This document shows positions 54,794-64,000 of a DNA stretch of 64,000 nt, in pieces; the stretch's first letter is position 1; each line of letters opens with the position of its first letter. Origin of the DNA: Candidatus Krumholzibacteriia bacterium. Its GTDB lineage: Bacteria; Krumholzibacteriota; Krumholzibacteriia; Krumholzibacteriales; Krumholzibacteriaceae. The notes under the pieces were generated by a model. The model ran no database searches. It was not told the DNA's origin and saw nothing but the letters and a program-made list of their open reading frames with translations. The stretch is taken from assembly GCA_963836185.1 (NCBI GenBank), contig CAWIIQ010000001.1:1248001-1312000 (forward strand), given 5' to 3'. The position numbers and the translations under genes were made by a program.

Positions 54794-55542
54794 AGAGCTT
54801 CGCGATAATGACTATGAAGGGGGGCACGGGCAAGACGACGACGGCAATAAGTCTCGCGCACGGATTGACCCTCAGCGGAAGAAAGGTGCTTCTCGTCGAC
54901 TGCGATCCGCAGCGAAATGTAGCCGTCACCTTCGGTGTCAAGGGAGAGAAGGGTCTCGACGGGCTCCTGATGACGGGCGACGTCGATATCATACAGGTAA
55001 GGGAGAACCTTTTCATCATAGACTCGGGCGGACGCCGGCTGGTCGAAGTAGAGCTGCAGCTGGGAAGACAGGAAAAACGCGAAGGAAGGATGCGGGACGC
55101 CCTGGCGCATCTGAAGGGGTGCGATTACGTTATCTGCGACTGCCCTCCCTCGATGAACCTGATAAATGTCAACGTGCTTGCTTACTGCGACGAAGTGATA
55201 GTCCCGGTAGGTATGGACTATCTTTCCGAAGTGGGGGCACGCCAGACGATGGAGATCATCGAGGAGATCAAGTGGATCACTGAAAAGAGCGCAATCGATT
55301 ACAGGATACTGCCTACATTCTACGATTCCCGCACGAGGATATCGAAGACCGTACTGAAGGACCTGAAGGAACATTTCGGTGACAGGGTTTTCAATACCGT
55401 GATCAGGATCAATACGGCGATAAAGGAAGCCCCGGGCTCAAACAAGACAATATATGAGCACGCTCCCCTGTCGAGGGGAGCGTACGATTACTACAAGCTG
55501 ACCGAAGAAGTGCTCGCTCTCGAAAAAGAGGATGAGCTCTGA
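54790..55542 (+). CDS. ParA/Soj family ATPase (orphan, no parB nearby)
   Basis: KGGTGKTTT deviant Walker A, LVDCDPQ, DYVICDCPP, IRINTAIKEAP. Confidence 0.92.
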   Translation: MKSFAIMTMKGGTGKTTTAISLAHGLTLSGRKVLLVDCDPQRNVAVTFGVKGEKGLDGLLMTGDVDIIQVRENLFIIDSGGRRLVEVELQLGRQEKREGRMRDALAHLKGCDYVICDCPPSMNLINVNVLAYCDEVIVPVGMDYLSEVGARQTMEIIEEIKWITEKSAIDYRILPTFYDSRTRISKTVLKDLKEHFGDRVFNTVIRINTAIKEAPGSNKTIYEHAPLSRGAYDYYKLTEEVLALEKEDEL

Positions 55543-55612
55543 AGGCAGGCTGTTTTACTGTATTCCGCGGAGGAGATATGATACTATTCCCTCCATGCGG
55601 GAGGAGATCCTA

Positions 55613-56730
55613 TTGGACAGTTTTGAATTGAGGGAAGAGATACGTCACGGCGGGGCAAGTTATTTCCTGCAGACGAGCTATCAATCCTGAGAGCGGGCAG
55701 ATAAAGAGCGCGTTCTTCAGGGACGGAAATGTCTTTGATTCGATCGTAAGGCAGGCAGGGGATGCTGACGCCGACGAGCTCAGGGAACTCACGAAGGAGA
55801 TCCACCAGCGCAACAAGCGGAGCTTCCGGTTCATCCTCGACGCGAGAGACAACATCAGCAGATCGGACGATCCCAACCCGCATCTCAGGCTCGCCGAGAC
55901 CCTGTTGAGGAGGAATCTCTTCCGGGAGGCTGATAGCCGAGGCCGAGATGGCAGTGGAGAAGGGCGCGAAAGACTCGAGGGCATGGATGGTCACAGGCGA
56001 GGCTCTGTACATGATCGACGAGCTGGACATGGCCCTGGACGCGATCCGAAAAGGTATTGAGATCAGTCCCGATTATCCCGACCTGCACAACATCATCGGA
56101 AAGATATTTCTCAGGCAGAACATGTGCGGCATGGCGGTCGAGAGTTTCAAGAAGGCGATCAGCCTGAACATCTATTACGGAGAACCGTATCTGAACCTGA
56201 TCCGGGCATATCTGACCAACACGATAGTCAAGCAGGACTACGAGCTTTCCCGCGGGCTCGAGGAGAAATTCTCGACGAATCTCGAGAGGGCCGGTCAGCT
56301 CAATACAAACCTCAAAGACGGGATCCTCGATGAAGTAAGGGAACATTTCAAGCGGGAGCAGTATGAAGAGGCTCTGAAGCTGCTCGAAGGAATCGATACG
56401 GTCAATCCCCGAAGTCTCGTAGACGATATTATCCTCGAGCTCTATCTGATGCTCATCCAGAGCGGAGATGAGATCGAGGAGGCGGATATCGAAAAGTACC
56501 TGGAGAAGGTCGAGGAGATACTGGACCGGAATCCTACCTTCGCCGATGCCTGGAACTCGCTGGGAATCCTTTATACTGCAAAATGCAAGGTATTCATGGA
56601 TAAAGCCAGTGTAGCATTCGGGAAGGCTCTCGAGATCAACCCGGAGTATGAAAAAGCGAGGAAAAACCTGAGGCTTACGGAGAACGACCGACAAGGAATT
56701 TTTATCCTTTTAAAGGCATTATTGGACTGA
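55613..56730 (+). CDS. TPR protein (two frameshifts, ~55682 and ~55931)
   Basis: TTG start after GGAGGAG; coding-like frames join ORF 55948; TPR motifs PDYPDLHNIIG, PTFADAWNSLG, ALEINPEYEKARKNL. Confidence 0.75.
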
Positions 56731-56777
56731 AAGTTGCAGTTCAAGGACGCGAGGCAATAAAAACAGGAATCTGACGC

Positions 56778-57146
56778 ATGGACAAGCTGCTTATAAACGA
56801 AGAAAAGGTCGAGGACGTAGTCGTCCTGAAGCTACAGGGGCTGGTAGATTCCGGCACCTCTCAGCAGATGGAAGGACGGCTTAACGATCTGATCTCTGAC
56901 GGTAACGTCAAGATCGTCGTGGATCTCGACCTGGTGGATTACATAAGTTCCGCCGGATGGGGGATATTCGTAGGTGAGATAAAGGGAGTAAGAGAGAGCG
57001 ACGGCGATATCAAACTAGCCTCGATGCGTCCCGATGTTCGGGAGGTATTCGACCTGCTCGAGTTCAACACCCTGCTGACACCGTACGATTCCCGGGGGGA
57101 TGCTCTGGCAGCGTTTGAAGCGGATAAAAGAAGCGAACTGGCTTGA
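56778..57146 (+). CDS. STAS-domain anti-anti-sigma-factor-like protein
   Basis: LKLQGLVDS, IVVDL..VDYISSAGWG. Confidence 0.93.
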   Translation: MDKLLINEEKVEDVVVLKLQGLVDSGTSQQMEGRLNDLISDGNVKIVVDLDLVDYISSAGWGIFVGEIKGVRESDGDIKLASMRPDVREVFDLLEFNTLLTPYDSRGDALAAFEADKRSELA

Positions 57147-57173
57147 GCAAGGAAGCAAAGGGGAACAATACCG

Positions 57174-57575
57174 ATGAATGACATCAACATTTCTTTTTCT
57201 AAATCTGACGAGAATCCCGATGTATCGGTCATATCCGTGAAGGGATATGTCGACACCACGACCTCGACCGATCTCGAAGAGAGCCTCAAGCGACTGCTGG
57301 GCAAGGGAAGATACGACATAGTAATAGACCTGGGAGATGTGAACTATATCAGTTCCGCAGGATGGGGTATCTTCATCAGTGAGATCAAGGAGATCAGGGA
57401 AAACGGCGGGGACCTGAAGCTTGCCGCTATGATCGGCGACGTCTACGAGGTATTCGAACTGCTCGAGTTCCAGACTATCCTGGAGAGTTTTGATACTGTC
57501 GAGGAAGCTGTCACTAGCTTTGGCGAGTCTTCTCGCGGGAAAAACGGAAGCGAGGAGAACCAGATCAAGGCTTGA
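57174..57575 (+). CDS. STAS-domain anti-anti-sigma-factor-like protein
   Basis: VKGYVDT, IVIDLGDVNYISSAGWG. Confidence 0.93.
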   Translation: MNDINISFSKSDENPDVSVISVKGYVDTTTSTDLEESLKRLLGKGRYDIVIDLGDVNYISSAGWGIFISEIKEIRENGGDLKLAAMIGDVYEVFELLEFQTILESFDTVEEAVTSFGESSRGKNGSEENQIKA

Positions 57576-57605
57576 TCGCTGACTCGATATAGCTGAAAAT
57601 TACAG

Positions 57606-57632
57606 ACCTCCGCCAACGGCGGAGGTTTTTTT
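57606..57632 (+). terminator. Rho-independent terminator closing the adhesin/partner-switch operon
   Basis: ACCTCCGCC-AAC-GGCGGAGGT followed by a T-run. Confidence 0.9.
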
Positions 57633-57690
57633 ATTATCCGGCTACGGCCATCCTCGGTTAAACTCTCCCTGTTGTATCGATGGAGGTATT

Positions 57691-59843
57691 TTGGAATCGT
57701 CGACTTGGACAATCGTAACGGATCCTGATCCCTGGAGGCTCGCTGCCGGGGCGGCTCTGGTATTGTATGCGCTCTGGGCCTATAGAAGGACCGTTCCGCC
57801 CGTTTCCCTTTCGAGACGTGCGGTCCTGGCAGCTCTCAGGGTGACCGGTTTCGCGATGCTCGTTTTCTTCGCGCTCGATCCATCGATCGTGACGAGGCGC
57901 GAATCATCACGAGAACCGGTAATTCCTGTTCTCGTCGATGTATCGAGGAGCATGAGCATCGAGGACGCCGGCGGGGAGATGAGGATATCGGAGGCACGCA
58001 GGGTGGCCGGCCGTATTTCCCGGTCGTTCGGCGGGGTGAGGGTAGAGATATTGCCGTTTGCCGCCGGCCTCCATGCGGCGGCGGTGACTCCTGACAGCAT
58101 TCCACCGGCTGACGGCGAAGGGACAGATATCTACAGCGCAGTCGCCGGAGCTGAGAGAAGATATTCCGACGATAATCTGGCGGCTTTGATAGTCATCTCC
58201 GACGGCCGGATCACCAGGGGGATGGCGGGGAGGACCGCGCCTGGCCGTGTGCCTCTCTTTGCGGTCGCCACCGGGGATACAGTCGATGGGGCCGACCTGT
58301 CCGTCGACCGGGTAGAGTACGAGAGGACCGTCTATACGGGGACGCGGGAGAGTGTAAAAGCAATCATAAGGTATTCATCCGCCGGGGGAGAACGGCGGAT
58401 GTCGAACTGATAGAGGAGGGAAGGGTCCTCGACAGATTCAGCACAGCTCCCCTGAAAGGGGACGGCCTCATAGAAGCGGAACTGCAATATGTCCCTTCCA
58501 GGGAGGGAATCCGCTCGATGGAGGTGCGTGTGGCGCCGGTTGACGGCGAGGTCACGGAAGGGAACAACAGGGAGATGTTCAGGGTAAGCGCGCTCAAGGA
58601 CCGGGTCGAGATACTCTTCTTTGACGCCAGCCCGGACTGGAACATGACATTCCTGCGCAGGATGTGTGAAGGTTCGAAGAGGCTTCACCTCGAAACGGTG
58701 TTCCCCGCGCCCGATGGAGGTCTGAGGATGCAGGGGGGCGGAAGATGGGTATTTCCTCCAGCCGCGGATGGACTCGCGAAGTATGATCTCGTCATCGCCG
58801 GGGGTGGAGGGAGTTTCCCTTCGGCAAGGGATGCTGAGACGCTGACTGGATATATAGAGGCGGGCGGTGCGGTCCTGTTTATAGCTTCAGAGAGATCTCC
58901 CCTGCTTCATCCAGGTACGGCGATGATCCTTCGTAAAGTTCTACCGGTATCAGTCTCGGGTTCCCCGCGTATTGTTACCGGCGATTTCCTCGTGAGCCAG
59001 GGGCCCGAGGGGGATACTCCATGGCTTCCCGATATGAGCGCAGGAGGCAGCGGGTCACTTCCTCCTCTTTCGGCCGTGGTCGAGGGACTGGTTCCGACCT
59101 CGGGAGCAAGGGTGCCTCTTGTTCTGACCGGCAGCGATGAGGAGATGCCTTTTCTCGTTGTCGAGCAGAAAGAGAAGGGGATATCGGCGGTCATGCTGGG
59201 TTTCCCGGTCTGGAGATGGAGGCTCGCCGGAGAGGATGGGGCCGAAGCCTGGGACGGACTTTTCGGAGGATTGATACAGTATCTCGCTGAAGGACACGCG
59301 GCTCCAGATCTGGACGTGCAGACCGACAGAACAGCTTACAGGACCGGAGAACGGCTGAGGATCACTGTCTATCCCTCGACGGGACGGGCAGGAGAGAACA
59401 TCCGGGGAGAGATATTCGCTTCGGGAACTGACGGTGTCCCGGTCGAGACTTTCATCCCTGAACCCGATCCGGACATACCCGGGGCATGGTTTGCCGAAAC
59501 GGGGACGTTGCCCCCGGGCGACTACTCGATCAGGGTCAGGTCGGGCGAGGGCGCTGCTCCCATGGCGGAGGGAAGCACGTCGTTCGCCGTAGAACCTCTC
59601 TCCGTGGAGATGCTGAGGACCTCCGCCGATACGCACCTCCTCGGGAGGTTGGCTTCGGCTGCAGGAGGCCGCCTCGTCGACCCGGGGGAGGTGGAGAATA
59701 TCGCCGGCATGATCGATCTCAAAGATGATACGGTGGTATCGACATCTGTCCGGAAGATCAGGGGCAAGGTATGGTTCTTCGTTCTGATCATCCTCGTTTT
59801 CGCCGCCGAATGGCTGCTGCGAAAGATCCTCGGCCTGGTCTAG
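57691..59843 (+). CDS. Membrane-anchored vWA + Ig + GATase-like protein (frameshift ~58385)
   Basis: N-terminal TMs, MIDAS DVSRSM, EGTDI, VISDG; central YDLVI...YIEAGGAVL; C-terminal TM AAEWLLRK. Confidence 0.8.
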
Positions 59844-59864
59844 GCCGGGATAATCCGAAAATCC

Positions 59865-59893
59865 TTGATATAGCCGCTGCCCGGGAGTAAACT
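59865..59893 (+). promoter_or_regulatory. Sigma70-type promoter
   Basis: TTGATA-17 bp-TAAACT, followed by a GGAGG SD sequence. Confidence 0.55.
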
Positions 59894-59915
59894 TCCTGTC
59901 GGAAGACAGGGAGGT

Positions 59916-61550
59916 GTGGTGATGAAGGCGTGGAGCTTCCTTCCGCTTATATTTGCGGTCACAGTGGCGGATTCCGCTTTATCGCAGGTCGTACTCAACG
60001 AGATCTATTACGATCATCCCGGCAGTGACGCGGGTTTTGAATTCATCGAGCTGTATTGTGCGGGCAGCGTGGAGATCCCTCTCGCGGGATGGTCGATCGT
60101 CATGATCGACGGGAGGACGGGTACATCGCGCGAGCTGTGGGCGGCAGGTGCCGGGAGGGTCATCGATAGCGGCGGATTGATCCTCATAGGAGGCGACAGC
60201 GTCGCCGTCTCTACGGCTGACCTGCTGGCCGGCTCGATCGAAAACGGGCCCGACGCGGTGGCCCTTCTGCGGGCTGGCGAGAGCATGGACCTGGTGCGCT
60301 ACGGTGGTGACGATCCGGGTTGCAGCGCCGGCAGATCCCTGTCCCGCAGGCCGGATGGATCGGGCCTTGTCTGCTCATCGCCGACTCCCGGACGGATAAA
60401 TTTTCATAAAATCGATCTGGCGGTCGCGTTCGCCGGCCCCGTCCATGTTCATTGCGCTTCCGGATGGTCGGAAATATTCATCTGTCTCGAAAACAGGGGG
60501 CTGGAAGGATTCTCCGGAGACTGTTTTCTGACAGTAACGAGTGTGCGGGATGGTCTTAGGTCAGTAGCGGGCAGCAGGCGGGTCAGTCCTTCGCTCGATG
60601 CGGGGGAAGGGCGGGAAATAGGGGTAAGCTGCGGCGGGATGCCTTCCGGGATCTCGACTCTGGAGATATTGATAGAGGCTGACGGCGACACCTGTCCCGA
60701 AAACGACATCGAAACTGTCTCGACCAGTTCTTCGCCGGGAGAGGTCGTTGTGACCGAGATAATGTACAGGCCCGAAGGCGGCGGCGAATGGATCGAGATC
60801 TTTAACAGGTCATACGGAACAGTCGATCTTGCAGGATGGTCCGTGACTGACTTGTCGGGAGCCTCAGGGTCCATTCCCGGAGGTGTGGAGATAGAGACGG
60901 GAGGCTTCGTCGTCCTCGCTCAGGACCCTGCAGCCGTCCTGTCTGTGTTTCCGGGTATCACCGCTCCTGTTCTGCCGCTCGAGAACGGGTGGCCCCGTCT
61001 CAACGACGGGGATGGGGACGGCACTGCTGAAGAGATATTTATCAGGCGTTCCGACGGGACCATTATGGAAAGTGTCTCGTACCGCTCCATGATCGAAGAT
61101 GAGAAAGGCCGCTCTATCGAGAGGCTCTCGCCCGAACTGTGCAGCACCGGCAGGGACGGTCTCTGGCTGCGGTGCGGAGCGGCCGCCGGCGGCACTCCCG
61201 GTGAGAGGAACTACTGCAATGCCTCCGTTATCCCATCGGAGGGGATGCATGTCTCTCCCGACCCTTTCTGCCCTCAGAAAGATGGCATGGTGCGATTCAC
61301 CGTTGCCGCCGGCTCAGCGGATGTCTCGTATGGAGCGAGAGTGTTTGATATGTCGGGCAGGGAGGTTTCCAGGCTGGCATCGGGGCCGGTCGACGCTCCG
61401 GCTGTCGTCTGCGGCTGGGACGGGCGGGATTCAGGAGGGAAGCCGGCCGGTACAGGCCTTTACATATGTGTGGTGGAATTCATGGGAAGCGGAGGTGGGG
61501 TATGCAGAAGGGAAAAAGGTACCGTGGCGGTCTGGACCGGACAGCGATGA
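59916..61550 (+). CDS. Secreted lamin-tail-domain (two copies) protein with FlgD-like CTD
   Basis: VVLNEIYYD...EFIELY and VVVTEIMY...EWIEIFN, TPG.RN motifs; SPDPF.P...FDMSGREV...WDGRD...GLYI. Confidence 0.85.
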   Translation: MVMKAWSFLPLIFAVTVADSALSQVVLNEIYYDHPGSDAGFEFIELYCAGSVEIPLAGWSIVMIDGRTGTSRELWAAGAGRVIDSGGLILIGGDSVAVSTADLLAGSIENGPDAVALLRAGESMDLVRYGGDDPGCSAGRSLSRRPDGSGLVCSSPTPGRINFHKIDLAVAFAGPVHVHCASGWSEIFICLENRGLEGFSGDCFLTVTSVRDGLRSVAGSRRVSPSLDAGEGREIGVSCGGMPSGISTLEILIEADGDTCPENDIETVSTSSSPGEVVVTEIMYRPEGGGEWIEIFNRSYGTVDLAGWSVTDLSGASGSIPGGVEIETGGFVVLAQDPAAVLSVFPGITAPVLPLENGWPRLNDGDGDGTAEEIFIRRSDGTIMESVSYRSMIEDEKGRSIERLSPELCSTGRDGLWLRCGAAAGGTPGERNYCNASVIPSEGMHVSPDPFCPQKDGMVRFTVAAGSADVSYGARVFDMSGREVSRLASGPVDAPAVVCGWDGRDSGGKPAGTGLYICVVEFMGSGGGVCRREKGTVAVWTGQR

Positions 61551-62278
61551 TGGTGGTGCTTGCCTTTGCGCTGTCACGGGGAGAGTGCAGGGCAGCGGAT
61601 TCGTGGCAGAGAGCAATGGGGGGTGTGATCTTTCCGAGGAGGAGGCATCCGGCGGTCTACGGCGCAACTGAAGGATACCTGCTCGCCGCGGCATCGGCAG
61701 CGAATCCGTTCGCCATACCGGGGCTCTGTGAATCGACGGCCTTCCTCTCCCTCGTACGGAACAGATGTTCGGCAGGGTTGGAGTGGGAACGTACAGGCAT
61801 CGCCGGATATTCGCATGACCTTCTCGAGGTGTCAGGAGGCTTCGCCCTTCCCGGAGGATTCATACATGCGGCAGCCTCGATGCGCGCGGAAAGCTGGAAT
61901 GTGACCGGGTACGGGAGGGATACGTCGGTCTCGGTTCTGTATTCCCTGTCGATGAAGCTGTCATCGATAGCCGTTATCGAGCTGGAAGGGGGAGGCAGGC
62001 AGATTGAGGCCCCCGCTCACATAACGGTCGCAGCCGGCCGCGGCACAGCAGTTATCATCCTGACATATGGCAGAGACGGATACGGAGGGAAAGTCGCGAG
62101 GGCTGGAGGGACGGTCAGTATCACTGGAAGGTTTTCGTTTCTTGCAGGATACGACATGGATACAGGTGAGGCCTCAGGGGGCCTCGCGTTCCGCACCCGG
62201 GTCCTGGCAGCGATTTCGTGGAGTATCCATCCTGCACTTGGTCCGACATTCTCAGTATCCGCGGGAGCGGTACGATGA
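61547..62278 (+). CDS. Putative outer-membrane barrel, distantly PorV-like
   Basis: RAMGG...HPAV motif, NPFAIPGL, C-terminal HPALGPTFSVS; ATGA overlaps on both sides. Confidence 0.55.
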   Translation: MMVVLAFALSRGECRAADSWQRAMGGVIFPRRRHPAVYGATEGYLLAAASAANPFAIPGLCESTAFLSLVRNRCSAGLEWERTGIAGYSHDLLEVSGGFALPGGFIHAAASMRAESWNVTGYGRDTSVSVLYSLSMKLSSIAVIELEGGGRQIEAPAHITVAAGRGTAVIILTYGRDGYGGKVARAGGTVSITGRFSFLAGYDMDTGEASGGLAFRTRVLAAISWSIHPALGPTFSVSAGAVR

Positions 62279-63768
62279 GGCGGGCGGCTCTGGCGGCCGC
62301 AATCCCGCTGATGCTCTCATGTGCCCGGGCGAGCGGTCCCCGGGGACCGGGCAGCGCCCTGTCGGAAGGGATCGATCCGTCCAGGGACCGGTATTTCAGT
62401 GAGACCTTTCTCGACGAGGTCTCACCGGGACCCGCGGTCGAAGCAGGAGTCGGCAGTGAACTCGATCTCTCCTGCGGCAGAGAGAGAAGGGATGCCTGGG
62501 TGCGGATCGGTACCCGGGGCGCAAGTTGCGCTGGGAGAGTGAGGAGTGCGGACGGCTGTTTCCGGGAGGCCTTTCATCTGGCGATAGCGCATGCAGGGAG
62601 GTTGAGGGTCGATCTTGGAGACCTTGTTCCAGACCTGGGGATCGGGCTTGTCTCGAGTGGCAGGAGATTCGCCTATCCATTCTCCTCGAGGCATCCGCTC
62701 TACCGCCCCAGAGGGATAAGGGGCTGGACAGGTTTCTACGGCTCTTTCATCCGGGGTGGGGCGATCCGTACCACTGTCGGGCCGGTCAGGGTGACACTCC
62801 TTTCCGGAATACTGGCGAGTCACGGCAGCCAGGGTGTCGAATACTCAGGCAGCGGCGCTGTTTCCGGAATCAGATTCGAAGTGGAAAGGGGCGCGGTCAC
62901 CGGGGGGCTGACCACGATAGATCCCGGTTCCCGAGGTGGTGAGAGGATAGCGGGACTCGACTTCACCGTTTCGTCGCCGGGCAGGATATACATGCTGGAG
63001 ACGGCGGCATCCCGGCCGGGGAATATATCGGCGGCATGGGGCATGACTGTCGATGGAAAGGATCTTGACTGCGGGATGATCGGGTGGTCGGTTCCTGCCG
63101 GATCAGACGGTTTCCTTGCATCCTTCCCCGGGCTTTCCACCGCATCCAGACGTTCCCGCAGCGGTGCATCTCTGGTGCTGAAAGGAAAGCTGCCCCGGAG
63201 GATCCATATTTCGGCATGGGGAGAGGTGAGGCAAAGCAGCGATGGAAGAGACAGGGAACTCGACAGGGCGCTGCGGTTAGAGGCCCGGATCAGGTGGAAA
63301 AGAAGCGCGGCGAGGTGTGCCTGGTCCTCACGTAATAAAGAATCAGAAGACCTCGTTCCTTTCCCGCCTCTCCAGGAGCTCTGCCGGGACGAGACCAGTG
63401 GGCTGGTACTCTCCTTTTCATGCAGGCCGGCGGCCTCGCTTGCCCTGGTGATCGAATTCAAGAGGCCGGGGGGTACTGGCGGCGACGGTCTGATGTGTGC
63501 ATCGAGGGCATCTCTCGCGCTTCGCAGTATCGATTCGCGGCTTTCGATATCGGCCGCGGCATACGGCTCTCAGAGTGGCAATCCCCGCTTCTCCCTGTAT
63601 GAACCGTCAGGGGGCGGGAAATACCCCTGGAAGACGCTCTACGGAAGTGGAAAGCGCATTGCGCTCGGTCTGGATACCGGAATCAGCATCGTCAGGGCAT
63701 CCGTATTTTTTCTGTGGACCCCTGAAGGGGCAGCGGAAGCGGCCTTCAGGCTGTCAGCTGCTATTTAA
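62275..63768 (+). CDS. Putative outer-membrane protein resembling the barrel part of Bacteroidota helix-hairpin-helix (ComEA-like) proteins
   Basis: Possible lipobox MLSC; LGDL...GIGLV and LYE...LYGSGKR segments recall that family; no HhH motif seen. Confidence 0.45.
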   Translation: MRRAALAAAIPLMLSCARASGPRGPGSALSEGIDPSRDRYFSETFLDEVSPGPAVEAGVGSELDLSCGRERRDAWVRIGTRGASCAGRVRSADGCFREAFHLAIAHAGRLRVDLGDLVPDLGIGLVSSGRRFAYPFSSRHPLYRPRGIRGWTGFYGSFIRGGAIRTTVGPVRVTLLSGILASHGSQGVEYSGSGAVSGIRFEVERGAVTGGLTTIDPGSRGGERIAGLDFTVSSPGRIYMLETAASRPGNISAAWGMTVDGKDLDCGMIGWSVPAGSDGFLASFPGLSTASRRSRSGASLVLKGKLPRRIHISAWGEVRQSSDGRDRELDRALRLEARIRWKRSAARCAWSSRNKESEDLVPFPPLQELCRDETSGLVLSFSCRPAASLALVIEFKRPGGTGGDGLMCASRASLALRSIDSRLSISAAAYGSQSGNPRFSLYEPSGGGKYPWKTLYGSGKRIALGLDTGISIVRASVFFLWTPEGAAEAAFRLSAAI

Positions 63769-63784
63769 CATATTTTCAGTGAAT

Positions 63785-63800
63785 TGGAACCATTCATGCA
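63785..63800 (+). promoter_or_regulatory. Possible sigma54 promoter
   Basis: TGGAACCATTCATGCA = GG-N10-GC. Confidence 0.35.
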
Positions 63801-63814
63801 TAAAATTCATCGGA

Positions 63815-64000
63815 ATGGAAACTCTAAAGACACTATCGTATGATTACGAGGCCGCGGGCCGCAGGATCGTCACGATCCCGACGGAACTGCCATTCTCTGA
63901 GTTTTACGAGGGGTTCAAAGCAATACGTGATTTTGAGCAGAGGCAGAAAGAGCTGACCGCGATAGCCGAGAACGGGAATATTTACGAGCTCTCAGCATCT
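63815..64000 (+). CDS. Hypothetical protein, 5' part (runs off window)
   Basis: Open frame METLKTLSYDYEAAGRRIVTIPTELPFSEFYEGFK... to the window end. Confidence 0.5.
   Translation, partial: METLKTLSYDYEAAGRRIVTIPTELPFSEFYEGFKAIRDFEQRQKELTAIAENGNIYELSAS

Noticed and set aside
54336-55283. 315-aa ORF overlapping ParA
   Set aside because: Its start is the end of the third STAS domain plus linker; the rest is an out-of-frame run-on caused by a frameshift.
1-64000. Numerous short minus-strand and alternate-frame ORFs
   Set aside because: They overlap well-supported + strand genes or regulatory regions and lack recognisable motifs, as expected in GC-rich DNA.

Overview
Bacterial DNA with every credible gene on the + strand. 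PorV-like barrels and FlgD-Ig/T9SS-like C-terminal domains suggest an FCB-superphylum diderm; Krumholzibacteriota/Latescibacterota is an unverified inference. Layout: (1) 1-9.85 kb, housekeeping run: 7TM-HD phosphodiesterase, ybeY, HlyC/CorC, DUF502, mgtE, recO, glyQ, glyS. (2) 9.9-22.6 kb, a block between glyS and ppdK: a secreted CTD protein behind a strong promoter and a structured 260-nt leader, two large lipoproteins, another CTD protein, DUF4438, an HD protein and an S8 protease. (3) ppdK, CDP-alcohol phosphatidyltransferase, DUF4388, then outer-membrane barrels with CBM48-type glycogen-binding modules. (4) A ~25-kb operon (32.4-57.6 kb): 5371-aa Ig-repeat adhesin with ~6.5 identical 606-bp repeats, PorV-TPR fusion, membrane RsbW-HAMP-PP2C-HTH-(STAS)3 signalling protein, orphan ParA, TPR protein and two STAS proteins. 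This is the best candidate for an undescribed system. (5) vWA protein, lamin-tail protein and two barrels. Many genes carry patchy single-base frameshifts, most likely sequencing errors. I recognised no rRNA, tRNA, CRISPR array or intact mobile element. All family assignments come from motif recognition by eye, not database searches.
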